Positions 50,247 to 59,412 of a stretch of 64,000 nucleotides of DNA are shown piece after piece. Position 1 is the stretch's first letter. Each line of letters starts with the position of its first letter. The position numbers and the translations under genes are program-made. The stretch is taken from NCBI GenBank assembly GCA_965207065.1, contig OZ242260.1, positions 1,664,001 to 1,728,000 of the forward strand, in the 5' to 3' direction. Source of the stretch: a bacterium (GTDB taxonomy: Bacteria; UBA8248). The notes below the pieces were generated by a model. The model saw only the letters and a list, made by a program, of their open reading frames with translations. It searched no databases and was not told where the DNA came from.

Positions 50247-51482
50247 CTAGACGACCCAGAGTTTTCTCTCCTGCGGGTAGACGGGCTCATACCCGGTTTC
50301 GGTGACGACGACGGTTTTCTCTATCTGGGTTCCGCCCATGCCGAATATCTGGCAGGGGTTTTCGACGCATATCGTCGTGCCCGCCTCGAGCGGGAAATCG
50401 CTCGAATCCGGAAGGAAGGGGCTGCCCTGCGGCGCGGGTTCCGCGAGGACGTAGGGCACCTCGCGCTGCTCCAGACCGATGGCGTGGCCGGCGAAGTTGC
50501 CGTTGTGCTCGGGCAGCCCCGCCGCGCGCGTGGATTCCAGCAAAGTGCGGTGAATGGTGGAGCCGAGCACGCCGGCCTTGACCTTCGACATCGCGGCCTC
50601 GAAGCCTTCCTCGGTCGCCTTCCACAAATCGAGCTGCGCTTTGGTCGGCTCGCCCAGCACGCCGCCCCAGCCGGTGTCCCCCTGGTAGTTGTTCAGGACG
50701 ACGCCGGCGTCGAACTTCCACATCTCGCCCTTGGCGATCTTCTTGTCGGTGGGCGGGAAGATGCCCGTCGCCCGGCGGCCCGAGCAGAAGTGGAACCACT
50801 GCCATTTGCCGCCCATGCGCCCCACTTCCGCCGCGAAGACAGACGCGACTTCGCGCTCGGTCGCGCCTTCCGCCACCACGTTCGATGCGGCGATTCCCGC
50901 CTTCTCGTTCACTTCGGCGGCGGCGGCGAGCGCGGCTATCTCGTCCGGCGTCTTGACCATGCGGATCAATCGGAAGAAATCCGCCGCGTCGACGATCTCC
51001 GCATCCGGCAGGGCCGCCTCTATCTGGGCGCGCACGTTCGGCATCACGCGCTCCTGATCGAGCGCGAGGCGCGCCTTCGTGAGGCCGCGGTTTTTGAGGG
51101 CGAGCGCAAGGGCCTCGCCCGGATTCTTGCCGCGCTTGTGGTCGTCGTTGTAGAGGCCCAGGTAGGTTTCCTCCTCGGGCGTCTGCGCCTGCTCATCTGC
51201 CGGCTGGATGAGGGCGCTCTTGCCGCCGAATGTGTAGAGGTCCTTGATCCAGGACTGCTGGGCCGAGACGTAGGTGACCTCCTGGCCCGGCACGATGAGG
51301 GCGGGGGCCGCGCCTTCGTCGCGCGCGAAGACGGCGAACATGTGGACGGAATAGGCATAGACCTTGTTCGACCACCCCACGGTGCCCGCGAGGTAGGTGA
51401 CGTTCTCGGGCGTGGAGGCGATGATGGCGTCGAAACCGAAATCGGCCATCAGCCCGCGCGCGCGCTCTGCGTTCAGATACAT
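50247..51482 (-). CDS. M24 family (Xaa-Pro peptidase/creatinase-like) hydrolase
   Basis: PENVTYLAG, RMVKTPDEI, GHAIGL, IEKTVVVTETG. Confidence 0.88.
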   Translation of the reverse strand: MYLNAERARGLMADFGFDAIIASTPENVTYLAGTVGWSNKVYAYSVHMFAVFARDEGAAPALIVPGQEVTYVSAQQSWIKDLYTFGGKSALIQPADEQAQTPEEETYLGLYNDDHKRGKNPGEALALALKNRGLTKARLALDQERVMPNVRAQIEAALPDAEIVDAADFFRLIRMVKTPDEIAALAAAAEVNEKAGIAASNVVAEGATEREVASVFAAEVGRMGGKWQWFHFCSGRRATGIFPPTDKKIAKGEMWKFDAGVVLNNYQGDTGWGGVLGEPTKAQLDLWKATEEGFEAAMSKVKAGVLGSTIHRTLLESTRAAGLPEHNGNFAGHAIGLEQREVPYVLAEPAPQGSPFLPDSSDFPLEAGTTICVENPCQIFGMGGTQIEKTVVVTETGYEPVYPQERKLWVV

Positions 51483-51682
51483 TGTGCGTTCCTCGAAGCA
51501 GGGGGATTCGGGAGATGCCGAAACGCCCCGTTCGGGTTCCGGCCTTCCAAGCGATCCGCGTTATGTCAATTTCGGGAAGCCTATCAAATCGGCCCAAGCC
51601 TGAAAAGGGAAGCAGGGGTTCGGAATGCGGCAAATCGTTCCATATTTTGGGACGAGAGGGGTTTTTGGGGTAGAAATCAAGT

Positions 51683-51729
51683 GTAGGGACAGGTCGCGAC
51701 CTCGGACAGGCACGGGGGCCTGTCCCTAC
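51683..51729. repeat. Hybrid GTAG REP-like palindrome
   Basis: GTAGGGACAGGTCGCGACCT fused to CGGACAGGCACGGGGGCCTGTCCCTAC. Confidence 0.85.
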
Positions 51730-51764
51730 ATTGATGCGTGTGTCTGTTTGATCCCTGACGAAAC

Positions 51765-52673
51765 CTAAATCGGCTGTGCGCCCTGGATCTGCGTGCGGTG
51801 CATGAGGCGCGGGTGCGTGCCCGCGTGGGGTTCGCGGTAGTGCATGGTGCAGCGGTTGTCCCACAAGAGCACGTCGCCGAGCCGCCAGACGTGCGCCCAT
51901 ACGAGTTCATCGCGGCTTGCGTGCTCCCAGAGGAAATCGAGGAGCGCCTCGCTCTCTTCTTCTTCCATGTCGTCGATATACTGGGAGGGATAGACCCGCC
52001 TGCGGCCGAGATAGAGTGCTTTTCTGCCAGATTCGGGGTGCGTGCACACGAGGGGATGGTGCGGCCCCGGCACCTCGGAGGGTTTCGTCGGCAGCTTGAC
52101 GCCCGGACGGAGCGTGCCCGCGGAGTTTCTGCTCGCATCGTGGACGGCGGTCTTGCCCTCGATTTTCTGCTTCACGTCCTCGGGCAGGGTCTCATACGCC
52201 ATGTACTGGTTGCTGAAGCAGGTGTTCCCGCCCGAAGGCGGCAGCATCCGCCCGTAGAGCATGCTGCCCGCGGGCGGTTTTTCGGTGTAGGAATTGTCGT
52301 TGTGCCAGACGACCTCGCCGGATCCCAGGCTTTCGTTCTGCTGCACGGGATTTCCGTCATCATCGAGATTATGGACGACGGTGATTTCCGCATACTTGGC
52401 CGCCCAGGACTGCTGTTTCCCCGCCTTGTCGTAAAACGCCTTGGCGGCGGGCACGACGGCCTCGCCGAAGATGCGCGTGGCGTCCAGGTGCTGCTCCTCG
52501 GTCATCTCCTGATCCCGGAACAGGAGAACGAGGTGTTCCGTCCATGCGTCGCGCAGGGCTTGCTTCACCTCATCGGGCATGGGCTGGGCCAGGTCGACAC
52601 CCCTGATCTCGGCACCCAGGGCGGCGCCCGTCGGCGCCACTTCCAGACTATCGAGCGTGTTTTTCGCGTTCAT
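51765..52673 (-). CDS. TauD/TfdA Fe(II)/2-oxoglutarate dioxygenase
   Basis: LGAEIRGVDL, WHND, WDNRCTMHYR; GGAG RBS before MNAK. Confidence 0.93.
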   Translation of the reverse strand: MNAKNTLDSLEVAPTGAALGAEIRGVDLAQPMPDEVKQALRDAWTEHLVLLFRDQEMTEEQHLDATRIFGEAVVPAAKAFYDKAGKQQSWAAKYAEITVVHNLDDDGNPVQQNESLGSGEVVWHNDNSYTEKPPAGSMLYGRMLPPSGGNTCFSNQYMAYETLPEDVKQKIEGKTAVHDASRNSAGTLRPGVKLPTKPSEVPGPHHPLVCTHPESGRKALYLGRRRVYPSQYIDDMEEEESEALLDFLWEHASRDELVWAHVWRLGDVLLWDNRCTMHYREPHAGTHPRLMHRTQIQGAQPI

Positions 52674-52758
52674 TTTGGTGAACTCCTCCTGATTCAAATG
52701 TGGCGCGTCATAGCCGCCGGATATGTATTTCCACATTCAAACAAAATTCCAAGCGCGT

Positions 52759-53241
52759 TCATGCCGACTCGCCGCTCGTGCGCGCTACCAGAGTCCGAAG
52801 CGCCTCGCGGCTCTCGGTTTGCGCTTCAATCGATTCGCGCAACGCCTTGCGGCCCTCTGCCTGGCTGTCTATCAGCGCCCGCAACGAGGCCATTCTTTCA
52901 TTGTGCCTGCTTTTTGATTCTTCCCGCCCGCTCTGAATTTCCGCCATTCTATCCTGATGCCTGCGCTCTGAGTCAGCATCTTTACGTCGTGATTCTTCCA
53001 ACACCTGCTGATGCCTGTGTTCTGATTCCTCCTGCCGGCGCCGTGCCTCTTCCATCCACTCGTCGTGCTTTCGCTGCGATTCGGTCATCCTCTCGTTGTG
53101 CGTGCGCTCGGAAGTCGCCGCGCGCGTCTCCGCGCCCCGCGCCATCACGCGAATGCCGTGATGAATCAGCGCAAGGCCGCCGTATGCGGCGATGAGATTC
53201 AAATATGCGGCGAGCAGACTCAGGGACTCATACCTCGTCAT
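52759..53241 (-). CDS. Membrane-anchored coiled-coil repeat protein
   Basis: N-terminal hydrophobic helix followed by repeated S-x-[RS]-[RKT]-H-x-[EDQ]-x-[ML] units. Confidence 0.7.
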   Translation of the reverse strand: MTRYESLSLLAAYLNLIAAYGGLALIHHGIRVMARGAETRAATSERTHNERMTESQRKHDEWMEEARRRQEESEHRHQQVLEESRRKDADSERRHQDRMAEIQSGREESKSRHNERMASLRALIDSQAEGRKALRESIEAQTESREALRTLVARTSGESA

Positions 53242-53386
53242 CCCACTTTTCCCCCTATTAGCGGATAAGCAGGCCCTGGTTTCTCCGTCCTCGCGCTCCC
53301 GAAGATTTCACCAATGGCCTTACGGTTCGGATGAACGGGTCCATTTTTCTAGCAGTCTACAGAACGGGCGCTTGCCTGTAAAGATT

Positions 53387-54571
53387 TCAGGCGGCGCTCA
53401 CGCGCGCGCGTCTTTTCTGCTCGGTGTGAATGAGCCAGGCGAGGCTCGTGGCGATGAGGCAGAGCAGGGAATAGAAGAGGAACGATTGCCTCAAGCCCAC
53501 GGCCTGGGCGATGAGTCCTCCCAGGAAGGGCGACATGACCGAGGCCGCCTCGTTCGCAGTGTACATGAGGCCGATGGCGCTGGTGCGGTTTTTCTCGCGA
53601 ACCACGCCGGTGGTGAGGGTGAGCATGAGGCTCTGGGAGGGGTTCAGGCACGCGCCCAGGAGCGCGAGCAGGCCGAAGAAGATGACTGCGGATTCGGCTT
53701 GCGACAAGAATGCGAGGGAGAGTGCGCTCGTCGCCATCATGAATAGGATGACGCGCGTCTCTTTCCTGGGGTCGGTGTATTTCCCCCATATCACGGCGAA
53801 GACCGTGCCGACCAGGAAATAGGCCGTGATGGCCCAGCCCACCTCGATGGTGCCCAGCCCCAGCCCCTCAGCCAGCAGCAGCGGCAGGAAGGTCATGATG
53901 CCCCTCAAGCCCATCACCCGGCAGGAGGAGAGCAGCGTCATCAGGATCATGAATTTATCGCCCAGAAGCTCGCTGAAAGTCGACTTGGCCTCCTTGGCCA
54001 TCGACTTCCGCTCGCTGGGCACGTCCTGAAACCGCAGCCAGATGAGGAGCGCGCACGCGATGCCCGGCAGCACGAAATACTGCGCCGCGGCGCGCCAGCT
54101 CGCGAGATAGACCGTGAGCCAGCCCATGGCTACAGGTGTGAGGATGCTGCCGAAATCGCCCCCCGCCTTGAAAAGCCCCATGGCGAGGCCGCGGTTTCTG
54201 GGGCTTTCTGCGGCGATCATCGAGACCGCCGCGGGGTGATAGGCCGAACAGCCCAGTCCACTCAGGAAGACGAAGGTGAGGAGCGCCGCGTAGGTGGTCG
54301 AATAGCCGTAGAACCAGGCGGGCAGTGCGTTGAAGAGGAGCGAGAACCCCAGAATGAGGCGTGTTCTACCGGTGAAATCCCCCAGAAAGGAAATCGGCAG
54401 CTGAAACAGGCTGCTCGATAAGGCGTAGACGGAGGCGATGAGGCCCGTCTGCGCGTAGTTCAGCCCGAAATCCGCCATGATGAGCGGGAGGATGGGCGTC
54501 AGAATCCGGTTGTAGAGCGAGTTCACCGAATGGCTCGACGCGATGATGAGGATGTTGGCGCGTGCGCTCAT
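53387..54571 (-). CDS. MFS transporter (Fsr-like)
   Basis: Multiple TM segments; GCSAYHP, RGLAMGLF..GG. Confidence 0.9.
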   Translation of the reverse strand: MSARANILIIASSHSVNSLYNRILTPILPLIMADFGLNYAQTGLIASVYALSSSLFQLPISFLGDFTGRTRLILGFSLLFNALPAWFYGYSTTYAALLTFVFLSGLGCSAYHPAAVSMIAAESPRNRGLAMGLFKAGGDFGSILTPVAMGWLTVYLASWRAAAQYFVLPGIACALLIWLRFQDVPSERKSMAKEAKSTFSELLGDKFMILMTLLSSCRVMGLRGIMTFLPLLLAEGLGLGTIEVGWAITAYFLVGTVFAVIWGKYTDPRKETRVILFMMATSALSLAFLSQAESAVIFFGLLALLGACLNPSQSLMLTLTTGVVREKNRTSAIGLMYTANEAASVMSPFLGGLIAQAVGLRQSFLFYSLLCLIATSLAWLIHTEQKRRARVSAA

Positions 54572-54671
54572 GCGGATTCCAGGGTGGGGGAATGGTTGAA
54601 CGATGAAGCCGCGCCATTCATACCATCAAACGGCGGGCGCGGGGAAGTGGAAGCCCCTTTCGACTGGAAAA

Positions 54672-54817
54672 GCACCCCCCCCTACCCCCCCTTGTCAGGG
54701 GTCAATTCCGACCGAGGAGGGAGGAATTGCAAGCCGATGCGTTTCCCGCCAATGGCTTATGCAAACGCTCGTTCCTCACTCGCGTTTGACCCCTGACAAG
54801 GGGAGTAGGGGGGGTGC
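54672..54817. mobile_element. MITE-like element with inverted ends of about 32 bp
   Basis: GCACCCCCCCCTACCCCCCCTTGTCAGGGGTCAA ... TTGACCCCTGACAAGGGGAGTAGGGGGGGTGC. Confidence 0.72.
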
Positions 54818-54836
54818 CATTACCCACTCAAGGACT

Positions 54837-54887
54837 TTTTCATCGGGCATTTCCCTCGGGATGCCCCGACCCCTCAATGGGGGAGTG
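54837..54887. repeat. Inverted copy of the 3413-3461 repeat
   Basis: TTTTCATCGGGCATTTCCCTCGGGATGCCCCGACCCCTCAATGGGGGAGTG. Confidence 0.85.
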
Positions 54888-55027
54888 AAATCTAGCTTGC
54901 GCCTTCTGAGGGGTTCTTCAACAATCCCGCGCGCGCTCACGATACGCCGGGGGTATGATATGCTGTCGAAGAACATGCGATGATCACGACAATCGCCCGG
55001 GAACGAAGCGCGAAGGGGTATAATCGC

Positions 55028-56650
55028 GTGAAATTGAAATACGATTTCGATACGCTTCGGGGAGACCTTTTCGGGGGCGTCACCGCCATGGTGGTGGCCT
55101 TGCCGCTGTCTCTGGCCTACGGCGTGGCGTCCGGCATGGGGGCTGCGGCGGGGCTGTACGGCGCGATTGCGGTGGGCTTTTTCGCGGCCGTCTTCGGCGG
55201 AACGGCGACCCAGATTTCCGGCCCCACCGCGCCGATGGCCATCGTGATGGCGGTCGTCATCTCTACGTATGCGAAAGATCTCACCGAAGCCCTGACGGTC
55301 GTCGTGATGGGGGGTCTCCTGCAAGCCCTCCTGGGCGTATTGAAGCTCGGCCGCTTCGTGGCCTACACGCCGTATGTGGTCGTCTCGGGCTTCATGTCCG
55401 GGATCGGCGTCCTCGTGATGGCGATTCAGGTGCTGCCATTTCTCGGCTCGGCGCCCGCGCCCGGTGGCGCCTTGGGCATGATTTTCGCGCTGCCCGAGGC
55501 GGTGCGCGACCTCAACCCGAGCGCTTTCGGGGTCGGGCTCGTCACGCTCGGCGTCGCGGTCTTCTGGCCGCCGCGGTTCCGGAAAATCCTGCCCACGCCC
55601 CTGGTGGGACTTTTCGCCGGCACGCTCATCGGCGTCTTGTGGCTGCACGATGCGCCCGTCATCGGGAGGGTGCCGACGGGTTTGCCGGGGCTGCAAATCG
55701 GGCTGCCCTCCCTGGGCTTTCTGGCGCACGCGGTGGAGCCCGCGCTCATTCTCGCCCTGATCGGCTCGGTGGTGAGCCTTCTCACCTGCCTGGTGGCCGA
55801 CTCGATGACCCGCACGAGCCACGACCCGGACCGCGAACTCATCGGCCAGGGCGTGGGCAACGCGGCGGCGGGCCTCATCGGCGGACTGCCCGGCGCAGGC
55901 ACCCCCGTCTACACCGTGCCGAACATACGCTCCGGCGGGCGGACCCGGGCGGCGGGTGCGATATTCGCGGTGTTCCTGCTGGCGATCCTGCTGGGCCTCG
56001 GGCCGTACGTGGAATCGATTCCGCTCGCCGCTCTCGCGGGCGTTCTGATCAAGGTGGGCTGGGACATCATCGACTGGGGTCTGCTCACCCGCCTCCAGCG
56101 CATCAAGCGAGAACACCTCTTCGTCCTCCTGACGACGCTGTTGCTCACGGTGTTCGTCGACCTGATAAGCGCCGTGGCGATAGGCCTCATCGTCGCGGGC
56201 CTGGCGCATGCGGGACAACTCGAGAACCTGGAACTCGACAGCGTTGTCTCCGTACCGCTGCTGGACCAGATGTTCCTCTACGAGGGAGAAGAAGTGGAAG
56301 GGGTCGACCCGTTCGAGGCGCGCGTCGGCATGGTGGCGCTCCGGGGGAGCTTCACCGTCGCGTCGTCCAAAAAGCTGGTACGGACGATAAGCCTCGACAT
56401 CAAGGATCATGAAGTCGTCATCTTCAATTTCACGGACGCCACCTACATCGACGACAGCGCCGCCATGGTCATCAAGCAACTCATCGAAGTCGCCACCGAA
56501 GAGGATACTGAGTCCATCGTCATCGGGCTTTCGGGCGACGTGGCGGAGACCCTCGATGCGCTCGACGTCCTGCGCGAGGTGCCGGATGAGCGAATCGTGG
56601 AGAACCTGGACCAGGCGCGAGAGATCGCGAAGCCTCTCGTGGGGGTTTGA
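55028..56650 (+). CDS. SulP/SLC26 anion transporter with STAS domain
   Basis: GDLFGGVTAMVVALP, ISGPT, RELIGQG, YIDDSA. Start estimated by alignment to the paralogue. Confidence 0.92.
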   Translation: MKLKYDFDTLRGDLFGGVTAMVVALPLSLAYGVASGMGAAAGLYGAIAVGFFAAVFGGTATQISGPTAPMAIVMAVVISTYAKDLTEALTVVVMGGLLQALLGVLKLGRFVAYTPYVVVSGFMSGIGVLVMAIQVLPFLGSAPAPGGALGMIFALPEAVRDLNPSAFGVGLVTLGVAVFWPPRFRKILPTPLVGLFAGTLIGVLWLHDAPVIGRVPTGLPGLQIGLPSLGFLAHAVEPALILALIGSVVSLLTCLVADSMTRTSHDPDRELIGQGVGNAAAGLIGGLPGAGTPVYTVPNIRSGGRTRAAGAIFAVFLLAILLGLGPYVESIPLAALAGVLIKVGWDIIDWGLLTRLQRIKREHLFVLLTTLLLTVFVDLISAVAIGLIVAGLAHAGQLENLELDSVVSVPLLDQMFLYEGEEVEGVDPFEARVGMVALRGSFTVASSKKLVRTISLDIKDHEVVIFNFTDATYIDDSAAMVIKQLIEVATEEDTESIVIGLSGDVAETLDALDVLREVPDERIVENLDQAREIAKPLVGV

Positions 56651-56690
56651 GGCGTAGGATGCGTCGTATGATGGAAAAGGGTTTCCTCCC

Positions 56691-58307
56691 GTGAACTACG
56701 ATCTCCAGACGCTTCGCGGAGACGTCTACGGCGGCCTCACCTCGACGGTGGTTGCGCTTCCCTTCGCGCTCTCTTTCGGCGTGGCCTCAGGCCTGGGCGC
56801 GGCGGCGGGCCTCTATGGCGCGATAGCGCTCGGTTTTTTCGCGGCGATCTTCGGCGGCTCGCGAGCCGTCATCTCGGGACCTGCGCCTTCGATGACCGTC
56901 GCCATGGCGGTCATCGTCACCACCCACGCAACGAACTTGGCCGAAGCCCTGAGCGTGGTCGTTCTGGGCGGCCTTCTGCAGGTGCTACTGGGCGCGCTGG
57001 GCGCCGGGCGCTTCGTGGTCTACACGCCCCACGTGGTCGTCTCGGGCTTCATGTCCGGCATCGGCGTCATCATCATGGCGATCGAGGCCTTGCCCTTTCT
57101 CGGCGCGCCGCCCGCGCCGGGGGGCTTCATGGGCGCAATCCGCGCGCTCCCCGAGGCGCTGGCCGGGATCAACGCGGACGCCTTGGGCGTCGGCGCCGCC
57201 GCGCTTGCCGCCTTCGCCTTCTGGCCGCGCCGCTACGCGAGGTTTTTGCCTCCTCCTCTTATGGCGCTCGTGGTCGGCTGGCTTCTGGGCGTCTTCTGGC
57301 TGAGCGACGCGCCCACCATCGGGCGGATGCCGACGGGGCTTCCGGGACTGGAACTGGGTTTGCCCTCCGCCGGTTTCCTGGCAGGCGCCCTGCAACCGGC
57401 GATCGTCCTCGCCCTTCTGGGCTCCATCGACAGCCTTCTCGCCGCCCTGGTGGCCGACTCGCTCACCGGCTCGCGCCACAACCCGAGCCGCGAACTGGTG
57501 GGGCAGGGCATCGGCAACGTGGCCGCGGGCCTGATCGGCGGACTCCCCGGCGCCGGGGCCACCGTGAGCACGGTGACGAACATCCGCGCAGGCGGGCAGA
57601 CGCGGGTTTCGGGCGTACTTCGCGCCGTGCTGCTGCTGGCGCTCCTGCTCGGTCTCGGTCGGTACGTCGAGTCGATTCCGCTCGCCGCTCTGGCGGGCGT
57701 TCTGATGAAGGTGGGCTGGGACATCGTCGACTGGCGGCTGCTCGCGCGGGTGCGCCACATCCGGCGCGAGCATCTCTTCGTCATGCTGATGACGCTCGGC
57801 CTCACGGTGTTCGTCGATCTGCTGACCGCCGTGGCGATAGGCCTCATCGCCGCTGGAATGGCCCACGCGAAACATCTCGAGCGCCTCGAGATCGACAACG
57901 TGGTCTCCGTGCCGATGCTGGATCACATATTCCTTGGTGAACTTCAAGATGCGGCCTCGGTGAACCCGTATGCCGCGCGCGTCGGCCTGGTGGGGCTCCG
58001 GGGGAGCTTCACCGTCGCCTCATCCCATGAGCTGGTCGCGGCCATCAGCGCGGACATCAAGGATCACGAAGTCGTCATCTTCGATTTTTCGGGCGCCACC
58101 TATCTCGATGACAGCGCGGCTATGCTCATCAGGCGGCTCATGGACATCGCCGCGCAGGAGCGCACCGCGTTCATCGTGATGGGCCTCGGGGGCGACGTCG
58201 CGCACACCCTCCGCGCGTTCGACGTTCTGCGCGACGCGCCCGGGGAGCGCATCGTCGAGACCCTGGAGGAGGCGCGCGAAACCGCGAAGAAGATCCTGGG
58301 GGTGTAG
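56691..58307 (+). CDS. SulP/SLC26 anion transporter with STAS domain (tandem paralogue)
   Basis: Colinear with, and highly similar to, the preceding gene. Confidence 0.92.
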   Translation: MNYDLQTLRGDVYGGLTSTVVALPFALSFGVASGLGAAAGLYGAIALGFFAAIFGGSRAVISGPAPSMTVAMAVIVTTHATNLAEALSVVVLGGLLQVLLGALGAGRFVVYTPHVVVSGFMSGIGVIIMAIEALPFLGAPPAPGGFMGAIRALPEALAGINADALGVGAAALAAFAFWPRRYARFLPPPLMALVVGWLLGVFWLSDAPTIGRMPTGLPGLELGLPSAGFLAGALQPAIVLALLGSIDSLLAALVADSLTGSRHNPSRELVGQGIGNVAAGLIGGLPGAGATVSTVTNIRAGGQTRVSGVLRAVLLLALLLGLGRYVESIPLAALAGVLMKVGWDIVDWRLLARVRHIRREHLFVMLMTLGLTVFVDLLTAVAIGLIAAGMAHAKHLERLEIDNVVSVPMLDHIFLGELQDAASVNPYAARVGLVGLRGSFTVASSHELVAAISADIKDHEVVIFDFSGATYLDDSAAMLIRRLMDIAAQERTAFIVMGLGGDVAHTLRAFDVLRDAPGERIVETLEEARETAKKILGV

Positions 58308-58343
58308 GGGGGGGGGTGAGCGGCGGTTGGATCGCTTGAGTTT

Positions 58344-58697
58344 TCAGGCGGAGACGGCGTCTTTTGGCGGACTCGCCGGCTCGATCCCGGGCAGAATGTC
58401 GATGAGTTCACGCTTGGCCGCTTCGAGGTCGCAGGTCATCTGCATGCGCAGCCACAATTTCGCCGCCTCGTCGTCCTTGCCGCACAGCCGGGTGAAACGA
58501 AGCGCCAGGTTCGGCGTAACACGCTCGGGAGCCTTCTCGCGGATGACGGCGTGGAGCCGCTGACGGGAGATACCCATGCGCTTTGCAGCTTCGCTGACGC
58601 TCAGCCCGAGTCCTTCCTTGAGAATCGCGCCCCAGGCCTCGCCCGGGTGAGAGACCCGCATGCCGCGCTCGCCAGCGGGAAGGTCTTTATTACTCAT
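58344..58697 (-). CDS. higA: HigA-family antitoxin
   Basis: HPGE, HTH LSVSEAAKRMGISRQRL, WLRMQ; overlaps the toxin stop codon (TGATG). Confidence 0.9.
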   Translation of the reverse strand: MSNKDLPAGERGMRVSHPGEAWGAILKEGLGLSVSEAAKRMGISRQRLHAVIREKAPERVTPNLALRFTRLCGKDDEAAKLWLRMQMTCDLEAAKRELIDILPGIEPASPPKDAVSA

Positions 58698-58978
58698 CAG
58701 TGATAGTCCTCCAGATCGACGCGGAAGGCCGCGCCGTCGTCTTCGCTCCATTCGAACGTGAGCCGCCAATTTGCAGTTACGCGCACGGCGTATCGCTTCG
58801 GCTCACCTTGGAGCGGATGATACCCGAAGCCGGGTTGATCCATATCTTCAGGACGGTTCGAAACGTCGAGAACATTCAAAAGCAACCTTACCCGCTTCCT
58901 CATGTTGGCGTTGATACGGGAATCGTCGTCCCGCTCCCAAAGACGCTTCAACGCCCGTTCCCTGAAACTCTTGATCAT
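58697..58978 (-). CDS. higB: HigB-family toxin
   Basis: MIKSFR, HPLQG, VTANWRLTF, LEDYH. Confidence 0.93.
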   Translation of the reverse strand: MIKSFRERALKRLWERDDDSRINANMRKRVRLLLNVLDVSNRPEDMDQPGFGYHPLQGEPKRYAVRVTANWRLTFEWSEDDGAAFRVDLEDYH

Positions 58979-58985
58979 AGGTGCA

Positions 58986-59014
58986 ATTTTAGTGCGCCAC
59001 GCCTACTGTGTCAA
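58986..59014 (-). promoter_or_regulatory. Sigma70 promoter of higBA
   Basis: TTGACA-17 nt-TAAAAT, 7 nt before the ATG. Confidence 0.8.
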
Positions 59015-59177
59015 CTAAAGCATTACACTTCCGGTGTGTCAAATGGGAAGGGCGCCATCTCAATGACGAATGAACCTGCTCGTTCCTGACCCCTCTCATC
59101 AAAGCAGAGACTTCATCCGTGGAGCAGCGTGGCGTCTCTTCTTCATTGCATTCGGGCGATGCCCCCCGTGGAGCGAC

Positions 59178-59306
59178 TCAAACCGGCGAGGTTTCGTCGC
59201 CTTGGCCCAAGGCGCGCTGGATGATCACGCAGTCGAGCCATCGGCCGTGCTTGAAACCGACCGATGGCAGAACGCCGACGAGCCGGAATCCGGCGCGCCC
59301 GTGCAG
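59178..59306 (-). pseudogene. 3' relic of a phosphinothricin-acetyltransferase-like (YncA/Pat) GNAT gene
   Basis: The minus strand reads LHGRAGFRLVGVLPSVGFKHGRWLDCVIIQRALGQGDETSPV*; no N-terminal part is present. Confidence 0.82.
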
Positions 59307-59412
59307 CGTGTTAAAGGCCGCCCTCCGCGCTGACGCCGGTCGAGAGGACGAAACGGCTCATAGCGGCGGAACCACCCGCCAGGCCGCTCGCAGCCTACGT
59401 TTCATTCATAGG

